Notes under the pieces: model-generated | What the model saw: only the letters and a program-made list of their open reading frames with translations | The model's database searches: none | What the model was told of the DNA's origin: nothing | Part shown: one piece after another, positions 9,968 through 18,706 of the stretch | Numbering within the stretch: position 1 is the first letter of the stretch | How the letters are laid out: each line of letters begins with the position of its first letter | Made by a program: the position numbers and the translations under genes | From: Candidatus Thorarchaeota archaeon SMTZ1-45 | Lineage (GTDB): Archaea; Asgardarchaeota; Thorarchaeia; Thorarchaeales; Thorarchaeaceae | DNA: 64,000 nucleotides | Direction of reading: 5' to 3' | Assembly (NCBI GenBank): GCA_001563335.1 | Contig: LRSL01000086.1 | Coordinates: 15,087 to 79,086 of the forward strand

Positions 9968-11461
9968 ATGTCGTGCCTTTTTTCTTTCAAATGCTCAAGA
10001 TGTAATCAAACACATGACTCTGACTTGTATGCTCCTAGATGCACGAGTTGTGGAGGAGTGTTACGTGTAGAGTATGATATTGAATGTGTAAAAGAAAAAC
10101 TTGGAAAGAACGGGTTTGAGAGAAGGACATCAGGAGTATGGAAGTATCATGAGTTATTGCCTGTACTGGACAAGACCAATCTTGTATCTCTTGGGGAGGG
10201 TGGGACTTACCTACATAGATGTTATGGTCTAGCTGAAAAACTGGGCTTAGATGAGTTATACCTGAAAGACGAAACAACTAACCCTACTGGTGCGTTCATA
10301 GACAGAGGAACTGCAGTGGAGGTTACTGTAGCAAGACAGAGGGGGTACAATTCAGTCTGCTGTGGGACTACAGGAAATTTGGCAGTTTCACTCGTTGCAT
10401 ATGCTGCAAGAGCAGGATTGGAAAGTAAGGTGTTCATTGGACAAAAAGGTCATGTTGATTCAGGTAAACTCTACCAGATTCTAGCATATGCAGCTCAGGT
10501 TGAAATTGTGAGAGATCGAGAAGAAGCTCTATCTCGAGCATGGCAAGAAAGTAAACAGAGTCACTCTGTTGTGCCCAGCAATCCACACTTTCTTGAGGGG
10601 GTTAAGACTACAATCTTGGAAACATGTGAACAGTTGGACTGGGAAACACCAGATTGGGTGATAGCGCCGATGGGAAACGGTGGACATATCTCAATGATAT
10701 GGAAAGGACTTGTTGAACTAAAGGAGCTTGGACTAGTTCCAAAACTGGATGTTAGGTTAGTAGGAGCACAAGCAAGGGGATGTTCACCGATTGTAGAAGC
10801 ATTCGAAAAAGGTAGCAAGAAGATAATTCCATCTAGTCATGTTTCAACTGTTGCCATTGACATTGGTGTCAGAGATCCTTCTTGCGGAAACATGGCTCTC
10901 GACTCTTTGGAGCAATCAAAGGGATTGGCTGTATCCGTAACTGATAGGGAGATTCTCGAAGCGGTAAAAGACTTGGCTCGATTGGAAGGTGTGTTTGCTG
11001 AGCCAGCTTCAGCGACAACAATAGCAGTGCTGCAAAAACTTGTAAATGAGGGTCGAATTGACAGGGGTGACAGAATTGTCTGTGCTATTACTGGAATGGG
11101 GTTAAAATATCCAGAGATAACACGCACATTCGTAAAAGGTAAGAGTACCTTAGAGTACTTTCTGAGCCACGTGGAGGGGCGTCGTTTTACAACAAAACTT
11201 GGTCAAACAAAAGTACGAATATTGCAGATTCTTTCAAGAGGAGAGTCTTATGGTTATGCAATCTGGAAATCAATGGTAGATGACTACGGTTTTCGAATCA
11301 AAATCCCAAGTATCTACCAGCATATCTCTGAACTGAAAAATAGTGGGCTTATCGTCCAGACAAGAACCGAGGAAACCTACAGAAAGACTTCCAGAAATTA
11401 TTATGGTCTGACTGAGAGAGGGCATCTAACACTTGACCAACTTGAGAAACTATCAGAATAG
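9968..11461 (+). CDS. Threonine-synthase-like protein lacking the PLP lysine, fused to a C-terminal PadR-type HTH
   Basis: Zn ribbon, SLGEGGT, NPTGAFIDRG (canonical NPTGSFKDRG), PMGNGG, EPASA; C-terminus ILQILSRGESYGYAIWK...SIYQHISELKNSGLI...RNYYGLTERG. Confidence 0.85.
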   Translation: MSCLFSFKCSRCNQTHDSDLYAPRCTSCGGVLRVEYDIECVKEKLGKNGFERRTSGVWKYHELLPVLDKTNLVSLGEGGTYLHRCYGLAEKLGLDELYLKDETTNPTGAFIDRGTAVEVTVARQRGYNSVCCGTTGNLAVSLVAYAARAGLESKVFIGQKGHVDSGKLYQILAYAAQVEIVRDREEALSRAWQESKQSHSVVPSNPHFLEGVKTTILETCEQLDWETPDWVIAPMGNGGHISMIWKGLVELKELGLVPKLDVRLVGAQARGCSPIVEAFEKGSKKIIPSSHVSTVAIDIGVRDPSCGNMALDSLEQSKGLAVSVTDREILEAVKDLARLEGVFAEPASATTIAVLQKLVNEGRIDRGDRIVCAITGMGLKYPEITRTFVKGKSTLEYFLSHVEGRRFTTKLGQTKVRILQILSRGESYGYAIWKSMVDDYGFRIKIPSIYQHISELKNSGLIVQTRTEETYRKTSRNYYGLTERGHLTLDQLEKLSE

Positions 11462-11586
11462 GATTATTTCTGGAAAGAGTCGCGCAGCGTGGGTGTATAG
11501 GAGAAGTGTTTTAACATCTAATACGTTATTAACCTCACAGCGGTTCGAGCAGTATTGCTGGACTTGGCAGATTGAGGTAGAGAACA

Positions 11587-11967
11587 ATGTCCAAGAAATG
11601 GATACAGAGTGATGATTGGAAAACCGAAAAACATGTACCTGTAATTGAAATCATGAAGGTTGAGGATGGAAAAGCCTTCGTCAAAGTGTCTGTTGGCAAG
11701 GAGATTGCACATCCAAACACAACAGCCCACCATATCAAATGGATGGATCTCTTTTTCTGGCCAGAAGGAGATAAGTTTCCAGTGGAGATCGGTTACGCAA
11801 CCTTCGACCATCATGGTGAGTCAGCTCAGGGACCAGACACTAGTGGAATTTACAGCGAGCCCGTTACTAAGTTTGTCTTCAAGACTGGCAAACCAGGTAC
11901 CTTGATGGCTACAGCTTATTGCAACATTCATGGTCTCTGGAAGAGTGAAGCTGAACTTACACTCTAA
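11587..11967 (+). CDS. sor: Superoxide reductase (neelaredoxin/desulfoferrodoxin ferrous-iron domain)
   Basis: EKHVP, HPNTTAHHIKW, YCNIHGLW. Confidence 0.92.
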   Translation: MSKKWIQSDDWKTEKHVPVIEIMKVEDGKAFVKVSVGKEIAHPNTTAHHIKWMDLFFWPEGDKFPVEIGYATFDHHGESAQGPDTSGIYSEPVTKFVFKTGKPGTLMATAYCNIHGLWKSEAELTL

Positions 11968-11991
11968 GACTCAATCATGAGTTTGATTAAA

Positions 11992-12016
11992 ATGGGCCTA
12001 CCACGGTAGTGCCCAT
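11992..12016 (+). terminator. Hairpin followed by a T-rich tract
   Basis: ATGGGC-CTACC-AC-GGTAG-T-GCCCAT, then catcattttc. Confidence 0.5.
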
Positions 12017-12061
12017 CATCATTTTCTTCGTTATTTCATTCTTTGAGAGCATTGGAGTCAG

Positions 12062-12319
12062 TTATTCGCGGTCCTTGGTTTTTGATGTTTCAGAAAGGAC
12101 CGCCCGCCATATTGTATGACCATCAGAAAGTCCAGCTGCTGTCATTCTCTTTCCCAAATGAAGAGCAAAATCGCCTGACTCAAAATCAACAGGTACTGCT
12201 TCCCAAGGCATGATAGCAGAGAGTTTGTACTCAGTTCCATCATCTGATGTAATGACATATTGGTCCATTGTTCTGGAAACAATCCCTGTGAGTGACACTT
12301 CCTTCATTTCGTCATTCAT
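12062..12319 (-). CDS. Small beta-rich hypothetical protein (possibly OB-fold)
   Basis: VSLTGIV...YVITSDDGTEYKL...GKRMTAAG pattern. Confidence 0.65.
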   Translation of the reverse strand: MNDEMKEVSLTGIVSRTMDQYVITSDDGTEYKLSAIMPWEAVPVDFESGDFALHLGKRMTAAGLSDGHTIWRAVLSETSKTKDRE

Positions 12320-12342
12320 AGGTATTCAATTCCCACTATGAT

Positions 12343-12359
12343 AGTCACATTATGTGACT
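12343..12359. promoter_or_regulatory. Palindromic operator in a divergent promoter
   Basis: Perfect AGTCACAT-T-ATGTGACT; TATA-like TATATATA at about 12390. Confidence 0.55.
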
Positions 12360-12429
12360 TCGTCCTGTGACCCCTATACGTGGCTTCGGTATATATACTA
12401 AATCTGAGCAGTATTTCTTGTGAAATATC

Positions 12430-12534
12430 ATGGCTCTAACAACTAACTCACGAAATTCATCGGTAATGGAGAAAACCAAGGCTCATGTCATGTCGACTGA
12501 TGCCTTGACCCATGCATACACCTATCGGAGGTAG
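12430..12534 (+). CDS. 34-aa micropeptide MALTTNSRNSSVMEKTKAHVMSTDALTHAYTYRR
   Basis: Downstream of a TATA box; C-terminus paralogous to the next ORF. Confidence 0.6.
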   Translation: MALTTNSRNSSVMEKTKAHVMSTDALTHAYTYRR

Positions 12535-12541
12535 ATTCGAG

Positions 12542-12628
12542 ATGGCGTTTGCTAAGAAACAGAACAAGAGAATCTACAAGAAACAAATCTCGACGGATGC
12601 CCTTGCCTATTCATATCTCTACAGGTAG
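12542..12628 (+). CDS. 28-aa micropeptide MAFAKKQNKRIYKKQISTDALAYSYLYR
   Basis: GGAGGT SD embedded in the end of the previous ORF; shares STDAL-x-x-x-Y-x-YR with it, with synonymous codon differences. Confidence 0.65.
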   Translation: MAFAKKQNKRIYKKQISTDALAYSYLYR

Positions 12629-12708
12629 TTGGTAATTATGATAAGCGTTTCAAAGAAATTCTTCAGTTCATACAAGGATAATGCAAAACGTCGTTGTCAC
12701 ACAAAAAA

Positions 12709-12746
12709 TGAAGTGCTTATGATGGAAGTAACATGAGCACTTCATG
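12709..12746. terminator. 14-bp stem hairpin
   Basis: ATGAAGTGCTTATG-N10-CATGAGCACTTCAT, between the micropeptides and a convergent gene. Confidence 0.5.
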
Positions 12747-12772
12747 TTGATTTTATCACCAATATAAGTGTC

Positions 12773-13408
12773 CTAATCATCAGATCGTATAATCCATCTG
12801 ACCAATTCAGCAATCATCTGATTTTCATCCATAAATTGTGCTCTATAGTCTGAACGTTTGAATGCAAGTAGGACATTCTGCATTCCGGGATCAAAGCCTA
12901 TGATGCTAACTGCTTTTTCAATCACATTTGGTCTAAATGCGATTGATGTTAGTAATAAAGAAACTCCAAAAAGACCAATGAGTAGGACGGGCCAAAAGTC
13001 AATCGGACGAGCTCTTGAAATCCTATCACCAATTAGAAAGACACTAAAAATTGCGAAGGCCATGAGCAGACCATCAACAATCAAACAGAGAGATTGGTAT
13101 CTGTCAGTGCCATCATCAGGATTTGCATGATTCTCGCACACTTGGATTGGCAGAACTTTCATTTCAGATGGTTTAGAGTCACCTCTAAATCGCGTGTAGG
13201 GGCTGTAGACATATTGCCAAGAGCGTCTAAGATATTGTTTTCCAGTTTTTGCAACCTTCAGACGTACAACCTTGGTGGCCGGTGCGCCGCAAACTGGACA
13301 TGTTTTAGGAAACCGTGCTTTTAGAAAATCAACTTTGACAAGTGGTTCATCAAAGTACTCTTTTCTAGGACTCAATCTCTGGGTCTCCATTTTATAGCTC
13401 TTAATCAA
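12773..13408 (-). CDS. Zn-finger membrane protein (2 TM)
   Basis: FPKTCPVCG...VCENH followed by two hydrophobic helices. Confidence 0.75.
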   Translation of the reverse strand: MIKSYKMETQRLSPRKEYFDEPLVKVDFLKARFPKTCPVCGAPATKVVRLKVAKTGKQYLRRSWQYVYSPYTRFRGDSKPSEMKVLPIQVCENHANPDDGTDRYQSLCLIVDGLLMAFAIFSVFLIGDRISRARPIDFWPVLLIGLFGVSLLLTSIAFRPNVIEKAVSIIGFDPGMQNVLLAFKRSDYRAQFMDENQMIAELVRWIIRSDD

Positions 13409-14050
13409 ATGAGTAAAGAGTTTATCGAACAGTGCTTTTTATGGAACATCTTTATTTTCAATATCCTACAAATGAAGCTCATGTATTATGGCGAGTGTGT
13501 GTGTCTCAGAGCACTTGAATTAGAGGACCTCGACGATATTTTGAAGCACTGGAACAACCTAGAGCTTCGTCAATATCTAAGCAGTCAGACCCCAATGTCC
13601 AGACAAGCTGAACGTCAGTGGCTGGAACGCGCGACTACTTTAGATCCTTGGCGAGATGGAGGAATGACTCTTGCTATTGAGGATAAGAAAACCAAAGAGT
13701 TTCTAGGGACTGTTAGTTTATTCACCATTTCCTCACAACACAAAGCAGCAGAGTTTGGAATTGCAATACATAACCCGGAGAATCTTAGTAAAGGCTATGG
13801 TACGGATGCAACTCGTGTTATGCTATGGATAGCTTTCCACATTCTAGGTCTTAATAGCGTTTTTCTCAGAACTCTGGATAGTAATAAACGTGCACAGAAA
13901 GCCTATGAGAAAGCAGGTTTCAAAAATGCAGGAGTGACTAGGCAAGGGGCGTTTGTCAAAGGAACTTTCCACGACGCCATCATAATGGACATCCTCAAGG
14001 AAGAGTTTCTCAAGGTATATCCTCCTGGTACTGAAGTTGGAAAACCCTAA
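13409..14050 (+). CDS. RimJ/RimL-family GNAT acetyltransferase (true start probably about 13472-13481)
   Basis: LRALELEDL, AEFGIAI, SKGYGTDA, NKRAQKAYEKAGF. Confidence 0.88.
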   Translation: MSKEFIEQCFLWNIFIFNILQMKLMYYGECVCLRALELEDLDDILKHWNNLELRQYLSSQTPMSRQAERQWLERATTLDPWRDGGMTLAIEDKKTKEFLGTVSLFTISSQHKAAEFGIAIHNPENLSKGYGTDATRVMLWIAFHILGLNSVFLRTLDSNKRAQKAYEKAGFKNAGVTRQGAFVKGTFHDAIIMDILKEEFLKVYPPGTEVGKP

Positions 14051-14141
14051 TTTAATCAACTAATGAAACACAACAATCAAAAAGAGGTCGAGACGTCAAG
14101 CCGCCTAATAATCTCCACAATTTCAGAAGGAGACAATACTA

Positions 14142-16145
14142 ATGTCTGAGTCAACCCTCCAAGAACGTTCAATCAATACAATCCGCTTCTTGTCCGCAGA
14201 TGCTGTTCAAAAGGCTAATTCTGGACACCCTGGAATGCCAATGGGTGCTGCTGCGATGGCATACGCTCTATGGACTCGACATCTTCGTTTTAACCCAAAA
14301 AACCCAGACTGGTGGGACCGTGATCGTTTCATCCTCTCTGGAGGTCATGGGTCAATGCTACTTTATTCCTTACTATACCTGACCGGTTACGACGTCAGCA
14401 TGGAGGACATCAAGGATTTCAGACAACTGGGTTGCAAGACTCCAGGGCATCCAGAGAATTTCTGCACTCCAGGGGTTGAGGTGACCACTGGACCACTTGG
14501 CCAAGGATTGGCAAATTCAGTGGGGATGGCAATCGCTGAGGCCCACCTAGCAGCTGTTTTCAACCGAGCTGGCTACAAGATAATTGACCATTTCATCTAT
14601 ACCATCGTTACTGATGGCGACCTAATGGAGGGGCTCTCATCTGAGGCAGCATCTCTTGCAGGACACCTTCGTTTGGGGAAGCTAATCCTTCTGTATGATG
14701 ACAACCTCATCTCAATTGATGGAAGCACAAATCTTACATTTACTGAGGATAGAGGAGCGAGATTCGAAGCATTTGGATGGCATGTACAACATGTAAACGA
14801 TGGTAACGATGTTGATGCTGTGGATAGGGCAATTGAGAGAGCAAAGAATGATCCACGTCCATCACTGATACTCTGTAGGACACATATTGGGTATGGATTA
14901 CCAAACAAACAGGACACAGAGAAAGCACATGGCGAGCCAGCAGGTGAGGAGGAATTGGCTGGTGCCAAGAGGAAACTTGGTTGGCCACTTGAATCAAAGT
15001 TCTATGTTCCTGATGATGTCTTGGAATACTATCGAAATATAGGAGAAGAAGGCGCAGAAAAAGAGAGAGCATGGAATAAACGATTTGACTCTTATAGCAA
15101 GGCATATCCTGAACTAGCAGCTGAACTTGAAAGAAGAATGAAAGGTCAACTCGTAGAGGGTTGGGATAGCGATTTACCTACTTTTGATGTAGATGATGGC
15201 CCTCTTGCAACTCGAGTTGCTTCTGGAAAGGTCATCAATGCCCTCGCACTGAAGCTTCCAGAGATGATTGGAGGCTCAGCAGATCTGACTCCATCAAACA
15301 AGACATGGATTAACAATAGCCCATCATTCCAAGCGGATTCACCAGAGGGCAGAAATATTCACTATGGTGTCCGTGAGCATACTATGGGTGCAGCTGTTAA
15401 TGGAATGGCAGCTCATGGAGGAATAATCCCATTCAGTGGAACGTTTCTCATGTTCTCAGATTACATGCGTCCATCAATCCGATTATCAGCCTTATCCAAA
15501 CATCGAAGTATCTGGGTTTTTACACATGATAGCATTGGTGTTGGAGAGGATGGACCTACTCACCAACCAGTAGAGCATCTGGCATCACTAAGAACTATTC
15601 CAGGACTTGTTGTGATTCGTCCTGGAGATGCCAATGAAGTGGTGGAAGCTTGGAGAATATCTATTGAGCGGAGCCAAGGTCCAACCCTTATGGCATTTAC
15701 ACGACAGAATGTTCCTATCCTAAATCGGAATAAATACGCACCAGCAACTGGTCTGAGAAAGGGGGCATATGTACTTGTAGACCTAGGAAATACACCAGAG
15801 ATTATTCTTATGGCAACGGGATCTGAGGTTCCATTGATTGTTCAAGCTGGGGAGGAACTGTACGATGAGGGAATTAGTGTACGACTTGTTTCATTCCCAA
15901 GCTGGGAGTTATTTGAGAGTCAGAATAAAGAATATCGTGATTCCGTTCTGTTACCCAGTGTAAAGAAAAGACTAGCTGTCGAAGCAGGAGTTTCACAAGG
16001 ATGGAAAAAATGGGTAGGAGATGATGGAGACATTATATCAGTTGATAAATTCGGAAAATCAGCTCCTTCAAAGGTGATATTTGAGGCATATGGATTCACA
16101 GTAGAGAACATCCTTGATAGAGCGCGAAAACTACTTGAAAAATGA
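14142..16145 (+). CDS. tkt: Transketolase (single-chain, bacterial type)
   Basis: [30 protein letters not shown] ThDP motif, [16 protein letters not shown]. Confidence 0.97.
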   Translation: MSESTLQERSINTIRFLSADAVQKANSGHPGMPMGAAAMAYALWTRHLRFNPKNPDWWDRDRFILSGGHGSMLLYSLLYLTGYDVSMEDIKDFRQLGCKTPGHPENFCTPGVEVTTGPLGQGLANSVGMAIAEAHLAAVFNRAGYKIIDHFIYTIVTDGDLMEGLSSEAASLAGHLRLGKLILLYDDNLISIDGSTNLTFTEDRGARFEAFGWHVQHVNDGNDVDAVDRAIERAKNDPRPSLILCRTHIGYGLPNKQDTEKAHGEPAGEEELAGAKRKLGWPLESKFYVPDDVLEYYRNIGEEGAEKERAWNKRFDSYSKAYPELAAELERRMKGQLVEGWDSDLPTFDVDDGPLATRVASGKVINALALKLPEMIGGSADLTPSNKTWINNSPSFQADSPEGRNIHYGVREHTMGAAVNGMAAHGGIIPFSGTFLMFSDYMRPSIRLSALSKHRSIWVFTHDSIGVGEDGPTHQPVEHLASLRTIPGLVVIRPGDANEVVEAWRISIERSQGPTLMAFTRQNVPILNRNKYAPATGLRKGAYVLVDLGNTPEIILMATGSEVPLIVQAGEELYDEGISVRLVSFPSWELFESQNKEYRDSVLLPSVKKRLAVEAGVSQGWKKWVGDDGDIISVDKFGKSAPSKVIFEAYGFTVENILDRARKLLEK

Positions 16146-16198
16146 TCAAGTCTTTCAAAGGATTTCAAGTTTTCATAAACCTTTAAACATGAGAATAA

Positions 16199-17236
16199 GT
16201 GTTTATAGGCCTTCTTATTATACCGTTGTCCCTTTTCTGTTCAACACTCCCTATAAATACTAAATTCTGGGTATATCTTGGTGATTCAGTGAATATCTAT
16301 CAAAAAACATCACTTGCACTCTTTGCCCTCTTGTTGATAGGGATTGGAGTGCCACTTGCAGCCGCGCAGAGCACGGGAATTCTATACCAGTATTCCGCTG
16401 GCATTGCGTCACTTGAAACAGATGACATCGCTATCAAAGTCACAGGGAATGATCAAGCCCCACACTTTCATTGGTGGGACCCTAACAATCCGACTGTAGA
16501 CTATCATGTCATGTTTGTCAGAATGTTTGAAGCGAATGACACCGATTCAAACGGAATCTTTGACAATGGAACTGACATTATGATTGGCGCTCCATTTGTC
16601 CTACCTACAACAGGTTGGGGTTTCAGTGACTTTGAAACAGTCGAGGAAGATGGAAATATTACTGAGGTGCATTTCAACTTCACAACTGAAGCTACCTTTG
16701 ACCCTCGTCCAGAAGGCACAGGGGTGGACTATGGAAATCTACCAAGTCTACCAGAGTTCGATTTGGAGATTGAGGTCAGGATACACATGTATCTTGAGAG
16801 TCCAGGCGAGTTCAAATTTGACCTTATAGTCGACGGTTGGAGCTGGACCTATGAGGACTCTCTCCTAGTTCTCATGTTCACAGTGACTGAGAGTACCCAT
16901 GGGCAATCTCATGGTGATACTGATCCGTCAGGATTCCATAGAACAGGAACTAAGTTCCAGTTCGAGAACGGGTACTTCGAGTATAATGAAACCGCTCTTG
17001 CAGCCAACAACACACTGCAGGTTAGAGCCAGTTATGGTGACGCTCCAGGAGCGTATTCAGGGAATGCTGTCTATCTCTCCTTTGAGAACTTTGGTAACGA
17101 AACTCTAGAGTACGATCCAATACTTGGTGTTCTTTCCCCCGTACCAGGGCTTGTCCTTGATCCAATGACTCTTGGACTTGTGGCTGGAGCTGCAGTCATA
17201 GTTATCTTGGCTGTTGTTCTAGTCAGGAGAAAGTAG
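16199..17236 (+). CDS. Secreted or surface protein with C-terminal TM anchor (start probably about 16289)
   Basis: Signal-like SLALFALLLIGIGVPLAAA, acidic beta-rich body, YDPILG, C-terminal TM plus RRK. Confidence 0.8.
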   Translation: MFIGLLIIPLSLFCSTLPINTKFWVYLGDSVNIYQKTSLALFALLLIGIGVPLAAAQSTGILYQYSAGIASLETDDIAIKVTGNDQAPHFHWWDPNNPTVDYHVMFVRMFEANDTDSNGIFDNGTDIMIGAPFVLPTTGWGFSDFETVEEDGNITEVHFNFTTEATFDPRPEGTGVDYGNLPSLPEFDLEIEVRIHMYLESPGEFKFDLIVDGWSWTYEDSLLVLMFTVTESTHGQSHGDTDPSGFHRTGTKFQFENGYFEYNETALAANNTLQVRASYGDAPGAYSGNAVYLSFENFGNETLEYDPILGVLSPVPGLVLDPMTLGLVAGAAVIVILAVVLVRRK

Positions 17237-17243
17237 TACATCA

Positions 17244-17280
17244 GAGGAAGCGGCCAGTCTGCTTCCTCAAACCTCTTTTT
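17244..17280 (+). terminator. Hairpin plus T-tract
   Basis: GAGGAAGC-GGCCAGTCT-GCTTCCTC followed by ctcttttt. Confidence 0.55.
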
Positions 17281-17303
17281 GTTGTTTTAATTTCATTGGA
17301 AAG

Positions 17304-17606
17304 TTAGTTCTTCCTTTTCAGCTTTAGCAACTTGACCAGCATCACATAGTGCTTGCGAATTGTCGTTTTAGAAACGCCAATCATGTCAGTCAATGATTAT
17401 TGAGTGATTGGATCCTAAGTCAGAATTGCAGCAATGTAGATTGCTGCCCCTATTATCCCACTAGCATTCAGTTCAGTGAGAATCTCCTTTGTTCTCTCAT
17501 CATCCAGAATGGTTAAACACCTTATCCGGGTCTGTTCAGGAAGACAAAGTTCGGTAAGAACTTGCCTCGCTGATTGATTAATTCTTTCAAAGTTAAGTTC
17601 AGTCAT
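17304..17606 (-). pseudogene. TFB C-terminal cyclin-repeat remnant with two in-frame stops
   Basis: ...SGIIGAAIYIAAILT*DPITQ*SLTDMIGVSKTTIRKHYVMLVKLL aligns with the C-terminus of the TFB at 46917 ([43 protein letters not shown]). Confidence 0.7.
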
Positions 17607-17703
17607 AGATAAACCTCTCAGGTTTAGTATATAATATGCGTGAAAAAACAGGCTCTAAGCTTGTTATATAAGGCGAAAGATTTCACAGACCGAAAGGCTT
17701 AAT

Positions 17704-17741
17704 TAGTTAGGTGCCGAACTAGTTGATTAGGGTCCGAACTA
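17704..17741. promoter_or_regulatory. Tandem imperfect palindromes, probable operator of the adjacent MarR
   Basis: TAGTTAGGTGCCGAACTA and TGATTAGGGTCCGAACTA directly before the GGAGG SD. Confidence 0.55.
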
Positions 17742-17755
17742 ATAGGAGGCTGTCT

Positions 17756-18226
17756 GTGTTGGATGAACCTGAAATCAGAGAGATGTGTCTGAATCTTCTA
17801 GATACTGGGTGGCCAGCGTATCTGACAACAATTGATGATGGGGGATTTCCTCAAACACGTGCAATGTTCAATCTAAGGAATAAGGAGAGGTTTCCCAAGC
17901 TCATACCAATCTTTGATGGACACAGTTCAGACTTTATGATTCTCTTCTCAACAAATACATCATCAACAAAGGTAAGAGACATCAGGAGAAACGGTGCTGT
18001 TTCAGTTTATTATTGCAATCCTGAGAACTGGTGTGGAGTCATGTTTGGTGGAAACATTGAGATTGTTCAGGACTCCGAGCTGAAAAAAGCAATTTGGCAT
18101 GAGGGGTGGGAACGGTATTACGCTGGAGGTTATGATGATCCAGATCATACTCTTCTAAGACTCATACCCACTACAGCTCGTGGATGGACTGGGAGTTCAA
18201 CTTTCAAAATTGACTTAGGTGATTAG
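17756..18226 (+). CDS. Pyridoxamine 5'-phosphate oxidase-like / general stress protein
   Basis: YLTTIDDGGFPQTRAM, FSTNTSSTKV, YAGGYDDPDHTLL; start moved to the GTG after GGAGG. Confidence 0.85.
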   Translation: MLDEPEIREMCLNLLDTGWPAYLTTIDDGGFPQTRAMFNLRNKERFPKLIPIFDGHSSDFMILFSTNTSSTKVRDIRRNGAVSVYYCNPENWCGVMFGGNIEIVQDSELKKAIWHEGWERYYAGGYDDPDHTLLRLIPTTARGWTGSSTFKIDLGD

Positions 18227-18228
18227 AA

Positions 18229-18681
18229 ATGATGTCACAACGAGAGGGTGGATTCTTAATTACCCAGATTCATCATCTGGGGAGAAGAGTGTTTGCAGAG
18301 CTACTGAAAAAACGTGACATTGAGATTAGTCCTGGACAAGGACGGATTCTGTTTTCACTCTGGAAAAAGGACGAAGTGCCTATCAATGTCCTCGCTAAAC
18401 GAACTCTTCTGCGAAAGTCAACATTGAGCGAGCTGCTAGATAATCTTGAAGCTGCAGGACATATCAAGCGTGTTCAGTCAGAGGAGGATAAGAGAAAGAC
18501 TTTGATTCGATTGACTGAAACATCTAGAAGTCTTGAGAGAATGTACATAGAGGTCTCCGTCGAAATGACAAATCTGTTCTATAAAGGATTTACACCTGAA
18601 GAAATAGACCTGTTTGAGAAGTACCTCCGTAGAGTATTGGATAACTTGGTTGATGTGGAGTCAAGTGAGGTTGGAGAATAG
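18229..18681 (+). CDS. MarR-family regulator
   Basis: wHTH with KSTLSELLDNLE...SEEDKRKTLIRLT. Confidence 0.92.
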   Translation: MMSQREGGFLITQIHHLGRRVFAELLKKRDIEISPGQGRILFSLWKKDEVPINVLAKRTLLRKSTLSELLDNLEAAGHIKRVQSEEDKRKTLIRLTETSRSLERMYIEVSVEMTNLFYKGFTPEEIDLFEKYLRRVLDNLVDVESSEVGE

Positions 18682-18706
18682 AAAAGGGTCCATTAATGCG
18701 ATTGAT

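Noticed and set aside
18682-18700. GAAAAGGGTCC as another repeat copy
   Set aside because: Only about 9 nt match and the rest of the consensus is missing.
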